A stretch of 64,000 nt of DNA from Parcubacteria group bacterium (GTDB taxonomy: Bacteria > Patescibacteriota > Minisyncoccia > Phycocordibacterales > Zambryskibacteraceae), in assembly GCA_028286565.1 (NCBI GenBank), contig JAQBRH010000004.1, positions 33,951 to 97,950 of the forward strand, written 5' to 3'. Below are positions 36,181 through 46,846 of this stretch, in pieces. The notes below the pieces were generated by a model, which was not told the DNA's origin, did not search any database, and saw only the letters and a list, made by a program, of their open reading frames with translations. The position numbers were made by a program, and so were the translations under genes. Each line of letters opens with the position of its first letter. Position 1 is the first letter of the stretch.

Positions 36181-36546
36181 TTATGCTCGTACCGATTGGT
36201 TAGACGGCAAGAGGTTCGTTTCTATATACATTTTTGCCACCGACCGAAGACGGCGCATAGCCAACGGGCTGTTTGGATCTTTCGGGGTGTTGAGCTGAAT
36301 CAGGTATGAGACCAAAACATAGTAGGCAGCCAGCGCTTCATCCCCGAATGGAGTATCCTGATCCATCTCGTCCAGCTTGGATGGATCGTCTTTACATCCG
36401 GGTATTTCGGATTGGAGAGCAAATGTGAGCTCCTGAACACGCACACTGAATCCCTCCATCAAACTTACACTCACACACAGACCCGTCCGAGCGAACATTT
36501 CCGTAGCACTATTGATCAATCTCGAGCCATCTCTCAATGTAATCAT
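36181..36546 (-). CDS. Hypothetical protein
   Basis: 121 aa, no family recognised. Confidence 0.4.
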   Translation of the reverse strand: MITLRDGSRLINSATEMFARTGLCVSVSLMEGFSVRVQELTFALQSEIPGCKDDPSKLDEMDQDTPFGDEALAAYYVLVSYLIQLNTPKDPNSPLAMRRLRSVAKMYIETNLLPSNQSVRA

Positions 36547-36610
36547 TATTATCTCCTAAGAGGTGAGAGTTCTGAAAAAGACATTACCACAGATTAGGCA
36601 ACCAGGCAAG

Positions 36611-37492
36611 TTACAATTTTTCCTCTGCTTCGATGAATTCGTCGAGGTCGCCGTCTTCGAGGACCTTGTCCGCATTCGACGTCTCGACGTTCGTGCGGTG
36701 ATCTTTGACCATCTTGTATGGATGGAGGACGTACGAGCGGATCTGGCTTCCCCATTCGTTCTCGGTCGTCTTTGAGATGTACATCCCGCTCTCCGCGGCC
36801 TTCCTCTCCGCTTCTAATTTTTTATAGAGTTTCGCTTCGAGCATTTCCATGGCGCGCGAGCGATTGTCCGCCTGGCTTCGTTCGCTCTCGACGTGAACGG
36901 CGAGCCCGGACGGGATGTGGACGAGGCGGACGGCAGTCTCTCGCTTGTTCACATTTTGTCCGCCGGGTCCCGAGGACTTTGAATATTCGATCTTGAGGTC
37001 TTCCGGAGGGATGTTCACTTCGCCTTCCTTTTCGAATTTTGGGATGACCTCGACCATGGAGAACGACGTCTGGCGGATGTCACCTTTGCCGAACGGCGAA
37101 ATGCGCACGAGGCGATGGACGCCGGATTCGTTCTTCAGCGTCCCATACGCGCCCTTGCCTTCCACATCGAGGGTGATGTTCCTGTATCCGTTGTGATTGT
37201 TCTCGTTCTTGTTCAAGACGAAATATTTAAAATTCTTTCGTTCAAAGTACTTCATATACATTTCAAGCAGCATGCGGGTAAAGTCTTCGGCGTCGTCGCC
37301 TCCCGCGCCCGAGTAAATGGTCATGACCGCATTGCCCTTGTCATATTTCCCCACACCTTCGAGTTCGTCTTTGAGGTTCTGCAGTTCTTTGATGGTCGCC
37401 TGGGCCTTATCTTTGTTCGACCAAAAATCCGCCGCACTCATCTCGGCTTCAATAGATTCTATTTTCTTTTTGATCTCATCAGGGGATGCCAT
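36611..37492 (-). CDS. prfB: Peptide chain release factor 2 (N-terminally short; no programmed-frameshift leader)
   Basis: SPF motif (RISPFGKG) and GGQ motif (GPGGQNVNK). The start ATG abuts or overlaps the CCA end of tRNA-Thr. Confidence 0.85.
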   Translation of the reverse strand: MASPDEIKKKIESIEAEMSAADFWSNKDKAQATIKELQNLKDELEGVGKYDKGNAVMTIYSGAGGDDAEDFTRMLLEMYMKYFERKNFKYFVLNKNENNHNGYRNITLDVEGKGAYGTLKNESGVHRLVRISPFGKGDIRQTSFSMVEVIPKFEKEGEVNIPPEDLKIEYSKSSGPGGQNVNKRETAVRLVHIPSGLAVHVESERSQADNRSRAMEMLEAKLYKKLEAERKAAESGMYISKTTENEWGSQIRSYVLHPYKMVKDHRTNVETSNADKVLEDGDLDEFIEAEEKL

Positions 37493-37567
37493 GGAGCCAA
37501 AGGCCGGGATCGAACCGGCGACCTATCCCTTACGAAGGGATTGCTCTACCAACTGAGCTACTTTGGC
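37492..37567 (-). tRNA. tRNA-Thr (anticodon CGT)
   Basis: GCCAAAGTAGCTCAGTTGGTAGAGCAATCCCTTCGTAAGGGATAGGTCGCCGGTTCGATCCCGGCCTTTGGCTCCA; canonical cloverleaf with encoded CCA. Confidence 0.85.
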
Positions 37568-37671
37568 GAGTGAGGAACAAAAGAGATGTGTACATATCTT
37601 TTGGTTCCGAACGATGCCAAAGGGAGCGATAGCTCCTCTTGGCAGATTTCGCCCTACGTCTGGGCGGGCGA

Positions 37672-37747
37672 TGGAGCCAAGACCCGGGATCGAACCGGGG
37701 ACCTCTTCCTTACCATGGAAGTGCTCTACCGACTGAGCTATCTTGGC
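37672..37747 (-). tRNA. tRNA-Thr (anticodon GGT)
   Basis: GCCAAGATAGCTCAGTCGGTAGAGCACTTCCATGGTAAGGAAGAGGTCCCCGGTTCGATCCCGGGTCTTGGCTCCA. Confidence 0.85.
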
Positions 37748-37798
37748 ATGCGAAACGTCCTCGAATAGTAGTACAAACTAAGGACTTTTTCAATTATA

Positions 37799-37828
37799 CA
37801 AAAACCCCGCACTCGGCGGGGTTTTTGA
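37799..37828. terminator. Bidirectional rho-independent terminator
   Basis: AAAACCCCGC-ACTC-GGCGGGGTTTTT, perfect 6-bp GC stem with flanking A/T runs. Confidence 0.65.
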
Positions 37829-37835
37829 GGCCAAG

Positions 37836-38009
37836 CTATTGGGTAGCTCCTCCGGTGCCTCCCGTATTGAGGTTCACATCGACCGTGCTTGGGACGGATG
37901 TCCCGCCGCGGTGATAGAAGCCGAAGTAGAATGCGAGGCCGATGATGAGAATGATGACCACAGAGATAAGCACAGTGGTCGCACTTGAGTTGTTGCTTGT
38001 GTTTTCCAT
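37836..38009 (-). CDS. Hypothetical small membrane protein (57 aa, below ORF-track cutoff)
   Basis: MENTSNNSSATTVLISVVIILIIGLAFYFGFYHRGGTSVPSTVDVNLNTGGTGGATQ; single TM. Followed by the 37799-37828 terminator. No clear RBS. Confidence 0.3.
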   Translation of the reverse strand: MENTSNNSSATTVLISVVIILIIGLAFYFGFYHRGGTSVPSTVDVNLNTGGTGGATQ

Positions 38010-38025
38010 TTGGATAATGAATTAA

Positions 38026-38736
38026 CTATTCTAATGCCGGCGGATTGGCAAGGCACATCTTTAGAGCTTGGGTCTGGGTCCACCCGCACCGACCCGTGGC
38101 CTGGCGTTCACAGCGAGCTGTTTTGTAGCAGGCGTAGCTCGCCGTGTATTCGCATGTGGATATGGAGCCCTGAGTGTCAGTACAAAGCTGGCCCGAACAT
38201 CCTCCCACGTAGCACCCGCCTGTAGAGACGGGCGTCGGAGCCTTACCTTTCTCGATGTCAAAAGTGAAAACATAGTCGGCCGGAGAGATCCCCGTCGTTG
38301 TTTTCAATGGATCGGAAGAGACAAATTTGATGGTCTCGGCTTCGGTGGTGACGGTCTCTCCGAGCTTGATGATCGGGGTGCTCGTGCCCATCCCCGAATG
38401 CACAGAAAGGCGCACGCGAAGCGTCCCCGCCTGGATGCACTGCACTCCGGCCGGACAGCGCGAATCCTCGACGACCGCGGTCGGAGTAACCGAGATGTCC
38501 GCAAATCGGGCGGTCTGGTTGAGGTGAAGCTTCACTTGTCCGTACGGAAGAGCCGAAGATGAACCGCTGGGTACATTGCCTATCGGAGTAGTGGTCGAGA
38601 CCACGGGTGTAGAGGACGAGGTGTTCCCCGCCGGATACGCACCGCTATCTTTGGAAGACACGAACCAGGCGAGTCCTCCGGCGAGGATAAGGACAAGGAG
38701 CATGGATTTGACCGGGAACGATGTTCGATGATTCAT
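38026..38736 (-). CDS. Hypothetical secreted protein with C-terminal Cys-rich domain
   Basis: N-terminal anchor, S/T-rich linker, ~10 Cys in the last 60 aa. Confidence 0.5.
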   Translation of the reverse strand: MNHRTSFPVKSMLLVLILAGGLAWFVSSKDSGAYPAGNTSSSTPVVSTTTPIGNVPSGSSSALPYGQVKLHLNQTARFADISVTPTAVVEDSRCPAGVQCIQAGTLRVRLSVHSGMGTSTPIIKLGETVTTEAETIKFVSSDPLKTTTGISPADYVFTFDIEKGKAPTPVSTGGCYVGGCSGQLCTDTQGSISTCEYTASYACYKTARCERQATGRCGWTQTQALKMCLANPPALE

Positions 38737-39126
38737 TTATTTTTTAGTTGTTTTAGTTTTGGATCGCGAAGCGCTCGCTCGAACGGGCTTTCGTACAGCC
38801 TTCTTTGGGAGAGAACCTCGGGAGATGCTTCTCCACTGTCTTTTAAGGTCGGTGGCCAGGGCGAGGATCTCCTCCTTTGGGATCTTGCCCGCGACCGCAT
38901 TCGCTCGTGCGACTGTATCTACTATATCATTGTAGACCGGCTCGCTCATCTCGCGGGCATCCTCCATCTTCTCGAGCACTTCGCCTTTCATTCGTACCAT
39001 CCATCCCTTCATCTTCTTTTGATGCTTCTTGCCATCAGGGCCAAGGAAGAAATAGATCCCGGCCGCAAGCGTTGCAAGTCCGGCGCCCATAAGCGCTCTA
39101 TCTTTCATATCTGAACTATTTGCCAT
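38737..39126 (-). CDS. YtxH-like membrane protein
   Basis: N-terminal TM plus Gly-zipper, helical body, Lys/Arg-rich tail. Confidence 0.45.
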   Translation of the reverse strand: MANSSDMKDRALMGAGLATLAAGIYFFLGPDGKKHQKKMKGWMVRMKGEVLEKMEDAREMSEPVYNDIVDTVARANAVAGKIPKEEILALATDLKRQWRSISRGSLPKKAVRKPVRASASRSKTKTTKK

Positions 39127-39364
39127 GTTTTTTCTTTTTTTTGAATAAAAGTTGATACAGGAAGCTGTCGCGGATATCCTCTCCCATCTCTTTGACCTCT
39201 TCGGTCGCGTCCTTGGTGTTCTCGGCTATCTTATGGACATAGACCTCGAGCCGCTTCACGGCGCCCACTATGTAGACGAGGGCCCACAGCAATCCGGCCG
39301 AGACGAGGACAACGGCGATGGTCGTAACGAAGAAAAAGATATCTGCATGCACAAGCGTGTCCAT
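39116..39364 (-). CDS. DUF948-like small membrane protein
   Basis: Start re-placed at ATG 39364 (MDTLVHADIFFFVTTIAVV...). Confidence 0.45.
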   Translation of the reverse strand: MDTLVHADIFFFVTTIAVVLVSAGLLWALVYIVGAVKRLEVYVHKIAENTKDATEEVKEMGEDIRDSFLYQLLFKKKKKHGK

Positions 39365-39400
39365 ATATATAGAGACGTATGCCCGGAGGGACACTTTCAC

Positions 39401-39745
39401 TCAGTAGTCTGTCGGAAATTTGAGGACGCCGAACGTCACAAGGACGACGAGGAGGCCTGTGACGAACACGACCATACAAACATCTACTATAAGATTTTTA
39501 CGCGTGTATTCCTTCTTAATTTCAGAATAGCGCGACAAGCCATAATGCATCATCAAAAGGCCTAGTACATTGGTGAGCCAATAGCCGAGAATGATCGATG
39601 GGAGAAAATAAGCTTTAGAGACAAGACTTACAAGAGAAGCGAACACATAGGCCAAGGGGATATTGATAAAGATATCGTTCCAAGGAGTGAGGGGCGACAA
39701 AAGAAAGCCGATAAGGGCTATAAATCCGTGGAGCTTTTTGTTCAT
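39401..39745 (-). CDS. Hypothetical membrane protein
   Basis: 114 aa, three or four hydrophobic helices. Confidence 0.45.
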   Translation of the reverse strand: MNKKLHGFIALIGFLLSPLTPWNDIFINIPLAYVFASLVSLVSKAYFLPSIILGYWLTNVLGLLMMHYGLSRYSEIKKEYTRKNLIVDVCMVVFVTGLLVVLVTFGVLKFPTDY

Positions 39746-39995
39746 TGAATTAATATATCAACCAAAATAGAACCTGGCAGATCCTTATATAAGTGTTGCG
39801 GGTACCCGATTTGCACGGATGCCTACAGGTTATGAGCCTGTCGAGGTACTGCTCCTCCAACCCGCTATCCCTATATTATACGCCATCTATTCCAAAAATC
39901 AAGATTTTGTATTATAGTTCCTGGACTTGCCGGTGTACTCTGTACGTCGGCTGCGTTCGGAGATAGAGGGTGTACACATCCTCTCCCCCTCACTT

Positions 39996-40066
39996 GCCGG
40001 TGTAGTTCAATGGTAGAACGGAGGACTCATAAGCCTTAGACAATGGTTCGATTCCATTCATCGGCA
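39996..40066 (+). tRNA. tRNA-Met/Ile2-type (anticodon CAT), elongator-like
   Basis: GCCGGTGTAGTTCAATGGTAGAACGGAGGACTCATAAGCCTTAGACAATGGTTCGATTCCATTCATCGGCA; G1-C72 pair, A31.G39 mismatch in anticodon stem. No encoded CCA. Confidence 0.6.
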
Positions 40067-40197
40067 CAAGGTGTGTTGTGACAGCACAAGAATTCTGTTA
40101 CATTACATCCGATTAGGGCACTTGCGGCAGTACTAAATCGTACATCCGCTCGGCTCGGAATCAATAGAAAAGCAAGCTTCTCAATTGTTCCTCACTT

Positions 40198-40269
40198 GCG
40201 GCTGTAGCTCAACGGTAGAGCACTCCCCTGTCACGGGAGAGGCCGTGGGGTCAGCACCCATCAGCCGCG
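40198..40269 (+). tRNA. tRNA-Asp-like (anticodon GTC) with non-canonical T-loop (GTCAGCA); possibly a pseudo- or atypical tRNA
   Basis: GCGGCTGTAGCTCAACGGTAGAGCACTCCCCTGTCACGGGAGAGGCCGTGGGGTCAGCACCCATCAGCCGCG; good acceptor, D and anticodon arms. T54 and A58 are replaced by G. Confidence 0.45.
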
Positions 40270-40272
40270 CAA

Positions 40273-40300
40273 AGAAAAATCCCTTCGGGGATTTTTTCGT
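40273..40300. terminator. Rho-independent terminator after tRNA-Asp-like gene
   Basis: AAAAATCCC-TTCG-GGGATTTTTT. Confidence 0.65.
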
Positions 40301-40581
40301 GCGGACTGAAGAAATGTCTAAACGACATTTCGTTGGGTGCTGACGGCCGGAGCGATGTCCCGCAAGTATGCGGGACCGCGAGGCGGGGTCGCGAAATTTC
40401 TGAGCGGCGGCGAAGAAATATTTGTGACCAGCACCCGAGTTGTTTATCAGCCGCGGCATGACAAGCTGCGTCACTGAATTCTTGCCTCTAGAACTTTAGA
40501 TTCTAAATTAGAACTTGACATTATATCATAAGTATGATTTACTAACTTCAGTTAGCACCCAAGCCCTCACAGGAGCAAAAC

Positions 40582-40767
40582 ATGGACTACGAGAAAGTAC
40601 TTGAAAAGGCAATGGAAGAAATCAGCTTCGGAGGCCACAATGGGGGCGAAGGGCAGAAAATTGCCTTTGGGCTCCTCGCACTGTCCTCTGCCGTTGTAGA
40701 AGCCTCAAAGAATCAGGTGCGCGCTGCAGAACTCGCTCTGCAAGCCGCCCAGCAAAGCTCTAGGTAG
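40582..40767 (+). CDS. Hypothetical small protein
   Basis: RBS AGGAG 8 nt upstream of ATG. 61 aa, Ala-rich helical. Terminator downstream. Confidence 0.45.
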   Translation: MDYEKVLEKAMEEISFGGHNGGEGQKIAFGLLALSSAVVEASKNQVRAAELALQAAQQSSR

Positions 40768-40851
40768 ACACCTGCCGCTTGATACACAAATTCCAATGTG
40801 GATCGAGCGGTTTTTTAATGGCAGTTCCAACATCCTCCCCTACCCCGCGCA

Positions 40852-40882
40852 AAGAAAAAACTCCAACTTCGGAGTTTTTATA
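40852..40882. terminator. Bidirectional rho-independent terminator
   Basis: AAAAAACTCC-AACTTC-GGAGTTTTTAT; overlaps the stop of 40878..41534. Confidence 0.6.
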
Positions 40883-41534
40883 TAACCTTGAATTCTTTAA
40901 ACACCGCCTCGTAGAGGGCAACGACGCGCTTGGCTTCGCGTTCATTGAGGTCAAAGGTTGAACCGTCGTGAGCGATCCTGTTCCTCACTTTATGCGCTTC
41001 CCACGCCGACTCGATGGTCAAAAAGTCGCTCGGCTCGACCGCCTTCAGCATGTCCCCGATCGAATCCCCATGGTATCCGCAGGCCCGGAGGAGGTCGTCG
41101 AGCATGATGTCCGCTTCGATGATCGCAAGCTTCCATTCGGCCGAATTGGCCGAGTTGATATGGGCCACGACCTTTTCCCATTTCCGGTTCGGAGGGGTGA
41201 CGAGCTCGTCGACCGCCTGCACGTCCGCGTGCATCCCATAGATGGCCTTTTCTTCTTCGATGATCTTCCCCATCTTCCTGACGACATAGGTGATCCCGAC
41301 GACGGCCGCCGCAGAAAGGACCACGGCCAAAAATTCGACCACCGGCCAGACGTTGCCGGCGAAGGCGGCGATGATCCGCGCCCAGATAGAATCATACGAA
41401 CCGACCCTCCAATACACGAGGAGGTCTTGAAGCCGCGAAAAAACGGCCCAGATAAAATAGAGGCCGAGGAGGAGAGATACGATCTCCACAAAGTGGTCTG
41501 ACTTCGGACCTTCTTCTTTTTTCTTTGGAGGCAT
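40878..41534 (-). CDS. Membrane-anchored protein with C-terminal HEPN-like (R-x4-H) domain (DUF4145-like)
   Basis: Two or three N-terminal TM helices. C-terminal AHKVRNRIAHDGS motif resembling HEPN Rx4-6H. Confidence 0.45.
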   Translation of the reverse strand: MPPKKKEEGPKSDHFVEIVSLLLGLYFIWAVFSRLQDLLVYWRVGSYDSIWARIIAAFAGNVWPVVEFLAVVLSAAAVVGITYVVRKMGKIIEEEKAIYGMHADVQAVDELVTPPNRKWEKVVAHINSANSAEWKLAIIEADIMLDDLLRACGYHGDSIGDMLKAVEPSDFLTIESAWEAHKVRNRIAHDGSTFDLNEREAKRVVALYEAVFKEFKVI

Positions 41535-41548
41535 AGGCTAATTGTACG

Positions 41549-42967
41549 CTATTCGCCCGAGAAATCTTTGCCCGCCCGAAAGAGATTGTCCTCTCGACCG
41601 AGATCGGCGGTCATAAGGATACCGAGCGGAAGGTCCTTGCCTTCGATCGAAACGCTTCCGTTCGGGACGGAGAGCGACGGAGCGCCGGTGATGTTCGCGG
41701 GCACGGTGAAAATATCGGCGAGGTACATATCCAGCGGCGAGGACTTCTCTCCGAACTTGAAAGCCGGGGTCGGAGTGGTCGGGGTCAAGATAAGGTCCAC
41801 CTCTTTGAAGGCTTCCCGAAGCTCGGCGGTGATGAGATCTTTGACCTTGAGAGCGCTCCCGTAGTACGCATCATAGTAGCCGCTTGAAAGCACATACGTG
41901 CCGAGGATGATCCTGCGCCTCACCTCTTTGCCGAATCCGGCTCCTCGAGTTTTAAAATAGTCCTCGATGCCGTCCTTTCCGTCCGCATGAAGGCCGAATT
42001 TCACTCCGTCGAACCGTCCGGTGTTCGAAGACACTTCCGCAGGGACGAGAATGTAGTACACAGAAAGGGCGTAGGCGATGTTCGGAAGCTCGATGTCTTT
42101 GACCGTGTATCCGAGCGATATGAATTTCTGAATGGCTTCATCCAAATTATCCTTGACCGCTTGGCTCACTCCTTCCCCAGCAAAGAACGCTCGAGGCACT
42201 CCGATAGTTTTATTAAATTCTTTCCCTGCAGCGTGGGTCGAGTCGTCGATCGTCGTGCTGTCCATCGGATCCTTCCCGCGGAGGACGTCGTAGACTGTTT
42301 CCGCATCCTCTACAGTTTTGGTGAAAGGTCCGATCTGGTCCAAGGACGAAGCCATGGCGATCAGGCCCGAGCGCGAGACTCGTCCGTAGGTCGGTTTGAA
42401 CCCGACCACCCCGCAGAACGCCGCCGGCTGTCTGATCGATCCGCCTGTATCCGAACCGAGAGAGACAAGGACCATATCCCCGGCTACGGCGGCGGCCGAT
42501 CCTCCGGATGATCCTCCGGGAACTCGGGACAGATCGCGAGGGTTCATGGTCGGGCCAAAGGCGCTGTTCTCCGTTGAAGCTCCCATGGCAAACTCGTCGC
42601 AGTTGGTGCGTCCGAGGATGACCGCTCCCGCTTCAAAGAGCTTGCTGACCGCAGTCGAGCTCGTCGGAGACACAAATCCCTCTAAAATTTTCGACGAGGC
42701 GCTCGCCCTGTGTCCGGCGACAGTGATGTTGTCTTTGAGGGCAAAAGGGATCCCGAGGAGCGGCAGATCGACGCCGGCTTTTATTTTCTTGTCCGCTTCC
42801 TCGGCCTGCCCGAGAGCGTCGTCAAACACTTCAAGGAATGCATGGATGTCTCCGTCCTTCTCCTTGATCGCTTCGATGCAAGCCTTCGTCAGATCGACCG
42901 AGGTGAACTCGCCTTTCTTCAAAGCTTCGCGTGCGCTTTTAATAGTGAGAGCGGCGAGGTCGATCAT
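41549..42967 (-). CDS. gatA: Asp-tRNA(Asn)/Glu-tRNA(Gln) amidotransferase subunit A
   Basis: Amidase signature GGSSGGSAAAVA and catalytic Ser-cisSer-Lys context. 472 aa. Confidence 0.9.
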   Translation of the reverse strand: MIDLAALTIKSAREALKKGEFTSVDLTKACIEAIKEKDGDIHAFLEVFDDALGQAEEADKKIKAGVDLPLLGIPFALKDNITVAGHRASASSKILEGFVSPTSSTAVSKLFEAGAVILGRTNCDEFAMGASTENSAFGPTMNPRDLSRVPGGSSGGSAAAVAGDMVLVSLGSDTGGSIRQPAAFCGVVGFKPTYGRVSRSGLIAMASSLDQIGPFTKTVEDAETVYDVLRGKDPMDSTTIDDSTHAAGKEFNKTIGVPRAFFAGEGVSQAVKDNLDEAIQKFISLGYTVKDIELPNIAYALSVYYILVPAEVSSNTGRFDGVKFGLHADGKDGIEDYFKTRGAGFGKEVRRRIILGTYVLSSGYYDAYYGSALKVKDLITAELREAFKEVDLILTPTTPTPAFKFGEKSSPLDMYLADIFTVPANITGAPSLSVPNGSVSIEGKDLPLGILMTADLGREDNLFRAGKDFSGE

Positions 42968-43248
42968 CCGAGTATTTTTTTAACCTTTATATAATCTCCT
43001 TCCCGAGCCGGGGCTTCTTTCAAAATCGCTTCGGTATAGATTCCTGATTCGTGTGGATTAGTGTCTTCACGCATAACATTCCTGAGGGCGGGCTTTTCCT
43101 TATCCGATCCGGCTTTTGCATGCGCTTTCTTCACCTCGCCGACATAGCCGAGGATCGAGTCGAACTCCTTGGCGAGGTTCTCCGCCTCGCTGTCCGAGAT
43201 CTCTATTCGGACCAATGTGGAGAGTTTTAAGACTTCTTCCCTGTTCAT
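42964..43248 (-). CDS. gatC: Asp-tRNA(Asn)/Glu-tRNA(Gln) amidotransferase subunit C
   Basis: 94 aa, GatC-like N-terminal region. Four-nt overlap with gatA. Confidence 0.75.
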   Translation of the reverse strand: MNREEVLKLSTLVRIEISDSEAENLAKEFDSILGYVGEVKKAHAKAGSDKEKPALRNVMREDTNPHESGIYTEAILKEAPAREGDYIKVKKILG

Positions 43249-43252
43249 AACC

Positions 43253-45740
<2,488 letters not shown>

Positions 45741-45759
<19 letters not shown>

Positions 45760-46283
45760 TCAAAGATATTTTCCCGCGCTTGGAAGATGCGGTCGACGTT
45801 TCCCCTCTTCCAGGTGATCTGGACGAGAACCGAGACTTCATGCTGGTTGATCGGCGTGACCTGCATTTCCCTCCTAAAGATAGTGTCGTAGCTCGAATTG
45901 CCCAAATTATATCCGTAGAACCCGCTCGTCGGATCCTTTTGGACGAACGGGCACGAGTTAAAGTCTCCGTCCGAGTTGCACCAGATAATAGAGTTGTTGG
46001 GCACGTCCACGGTGCAGACATTCAAAAGTCCGGCATTAACATCAACAACGCATAAGCTAAGATTGTTGAGCCACGGCTGGCTTTGCAGAGCGTTCGTATC
46101 TCTGACGTTTCTGATGTATTCGACTCCTTCCTGAGCAAGATAAAAGGCGATCACTTGATCTCGCGCATACGTCGAAGCGGTGATGCCCGTCTGAGCCGCA
46201 CTAAAGGCGCCGGTCACGGCGAGTATCAGGACCGTCGTTGCCACCAAGCTTTCCACCAATGTAAATCCGAGGTTTTTTTTCAT
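45741..46283 (-). CDS. Pseudopilin (prepilin-type N-terminal cleavage/methylation domain)
   Basis: KKNLGFTLVESLVATTVLILAV; start re-placed at ATG 46283. Confidence 0.6.
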
Positions 46284-46284
46284 A

Positions 46285-46845
46285 TTAGCTGTCAAGTGAT
46301 CTCTGAGACACGAGCGTCTCTAGGCTAAAGTCAGACTTATCCGAACTTCTTGCTCCCGCGCTTCCTCTGATCTTGATGATGACCTTCGGCTGCAAGAGAT
46401 CCGGCCCGGAGCCGAGCACATAAAACTCGAGGTTCTGGATGTTGATCTCCGGAGCGGTCACAGCAGTGTAGGTCGGAGTAGAGGCGGTGCCGTCCACGGA
46501 CTTCTCGAGCGAAGTGCCGTTGAACCGGTAGACGATCTGGGTAACCCCGTCGTTCGCGAGGAAGCTGACAAGGCGTCCGGGCTGGCTGATGAGGATACAA
46601 TTCGTCGGCGTCGTGAACGGAGGCGAGGCTTGGGCGCTCGTATCGCAATGATACTTGGATCCGAACCTCATCTCTCGAGACATTGTCTCGACCGCGAAGT
46701 TCAAGTTGTCGATGGTCGTTTTCTGAGTACCGACCTTGTTATTGGCGTTGAATATTCCGATGATAGCCCCCATGGAGATGGTCATGATCACCAAGAAAAT
46801 GGAGATGGCGGTCAAAATTTCAATAAGTGTAAATCCTTTTTTCAT
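46285..46845 (-). CDS. Pseudopilin (prepilin-type N-terminal domain)
   Basis: MKKGFTLIEILTAISIFLVIM. Confidence 0.6.
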   Translation of the reverse strand: MKKGFTLIEILTAISIFLVIMTISMGAIIGIFNANNKVGTQKTTIDNLNFAVETMSREMRFGSKYHCDTSAQASPPFTTPTNCILISQPGRLVSFLANDGVTQIVYRFNGTSLEKSVDGTASTPTYTAVTAPEINIQNLEFYVLGSGPDLLQPKVIIKIRGSAGARSSDKSDFSLETLVSQRSLDS

Positions 46846-46846
46846 A

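Noticed and set aside
36611-37492. Alternative genetic code (UGA recoded, as in some CPR lineages)
   Set aside because: An RF2 gene is present, and TGA is used as an apparent stop at overlapping junctions (for example the gatC/gatA ATGA overlap). Gene lengths are normal under the standard code.
37568-37671. Hairpin between the two tRNA-Thr genes as a transcription terminator
   Set aside because: The imperfect AAAGAGATG...CATATCTTT stem has a mismatch. It is more likely a tRNA processing spacer, so it was not called.
40300-40470. tmRNA, RNase P RNA or SRP RNA
   Set aside because: No tRNA-Ala-like acceptor or GGUUCGA T-loop for tmRNA. No P4 (AGGAAAGUCCGGGC) motif for RNase P. No GGAAGCAGCC domain-IV motif for SRP.
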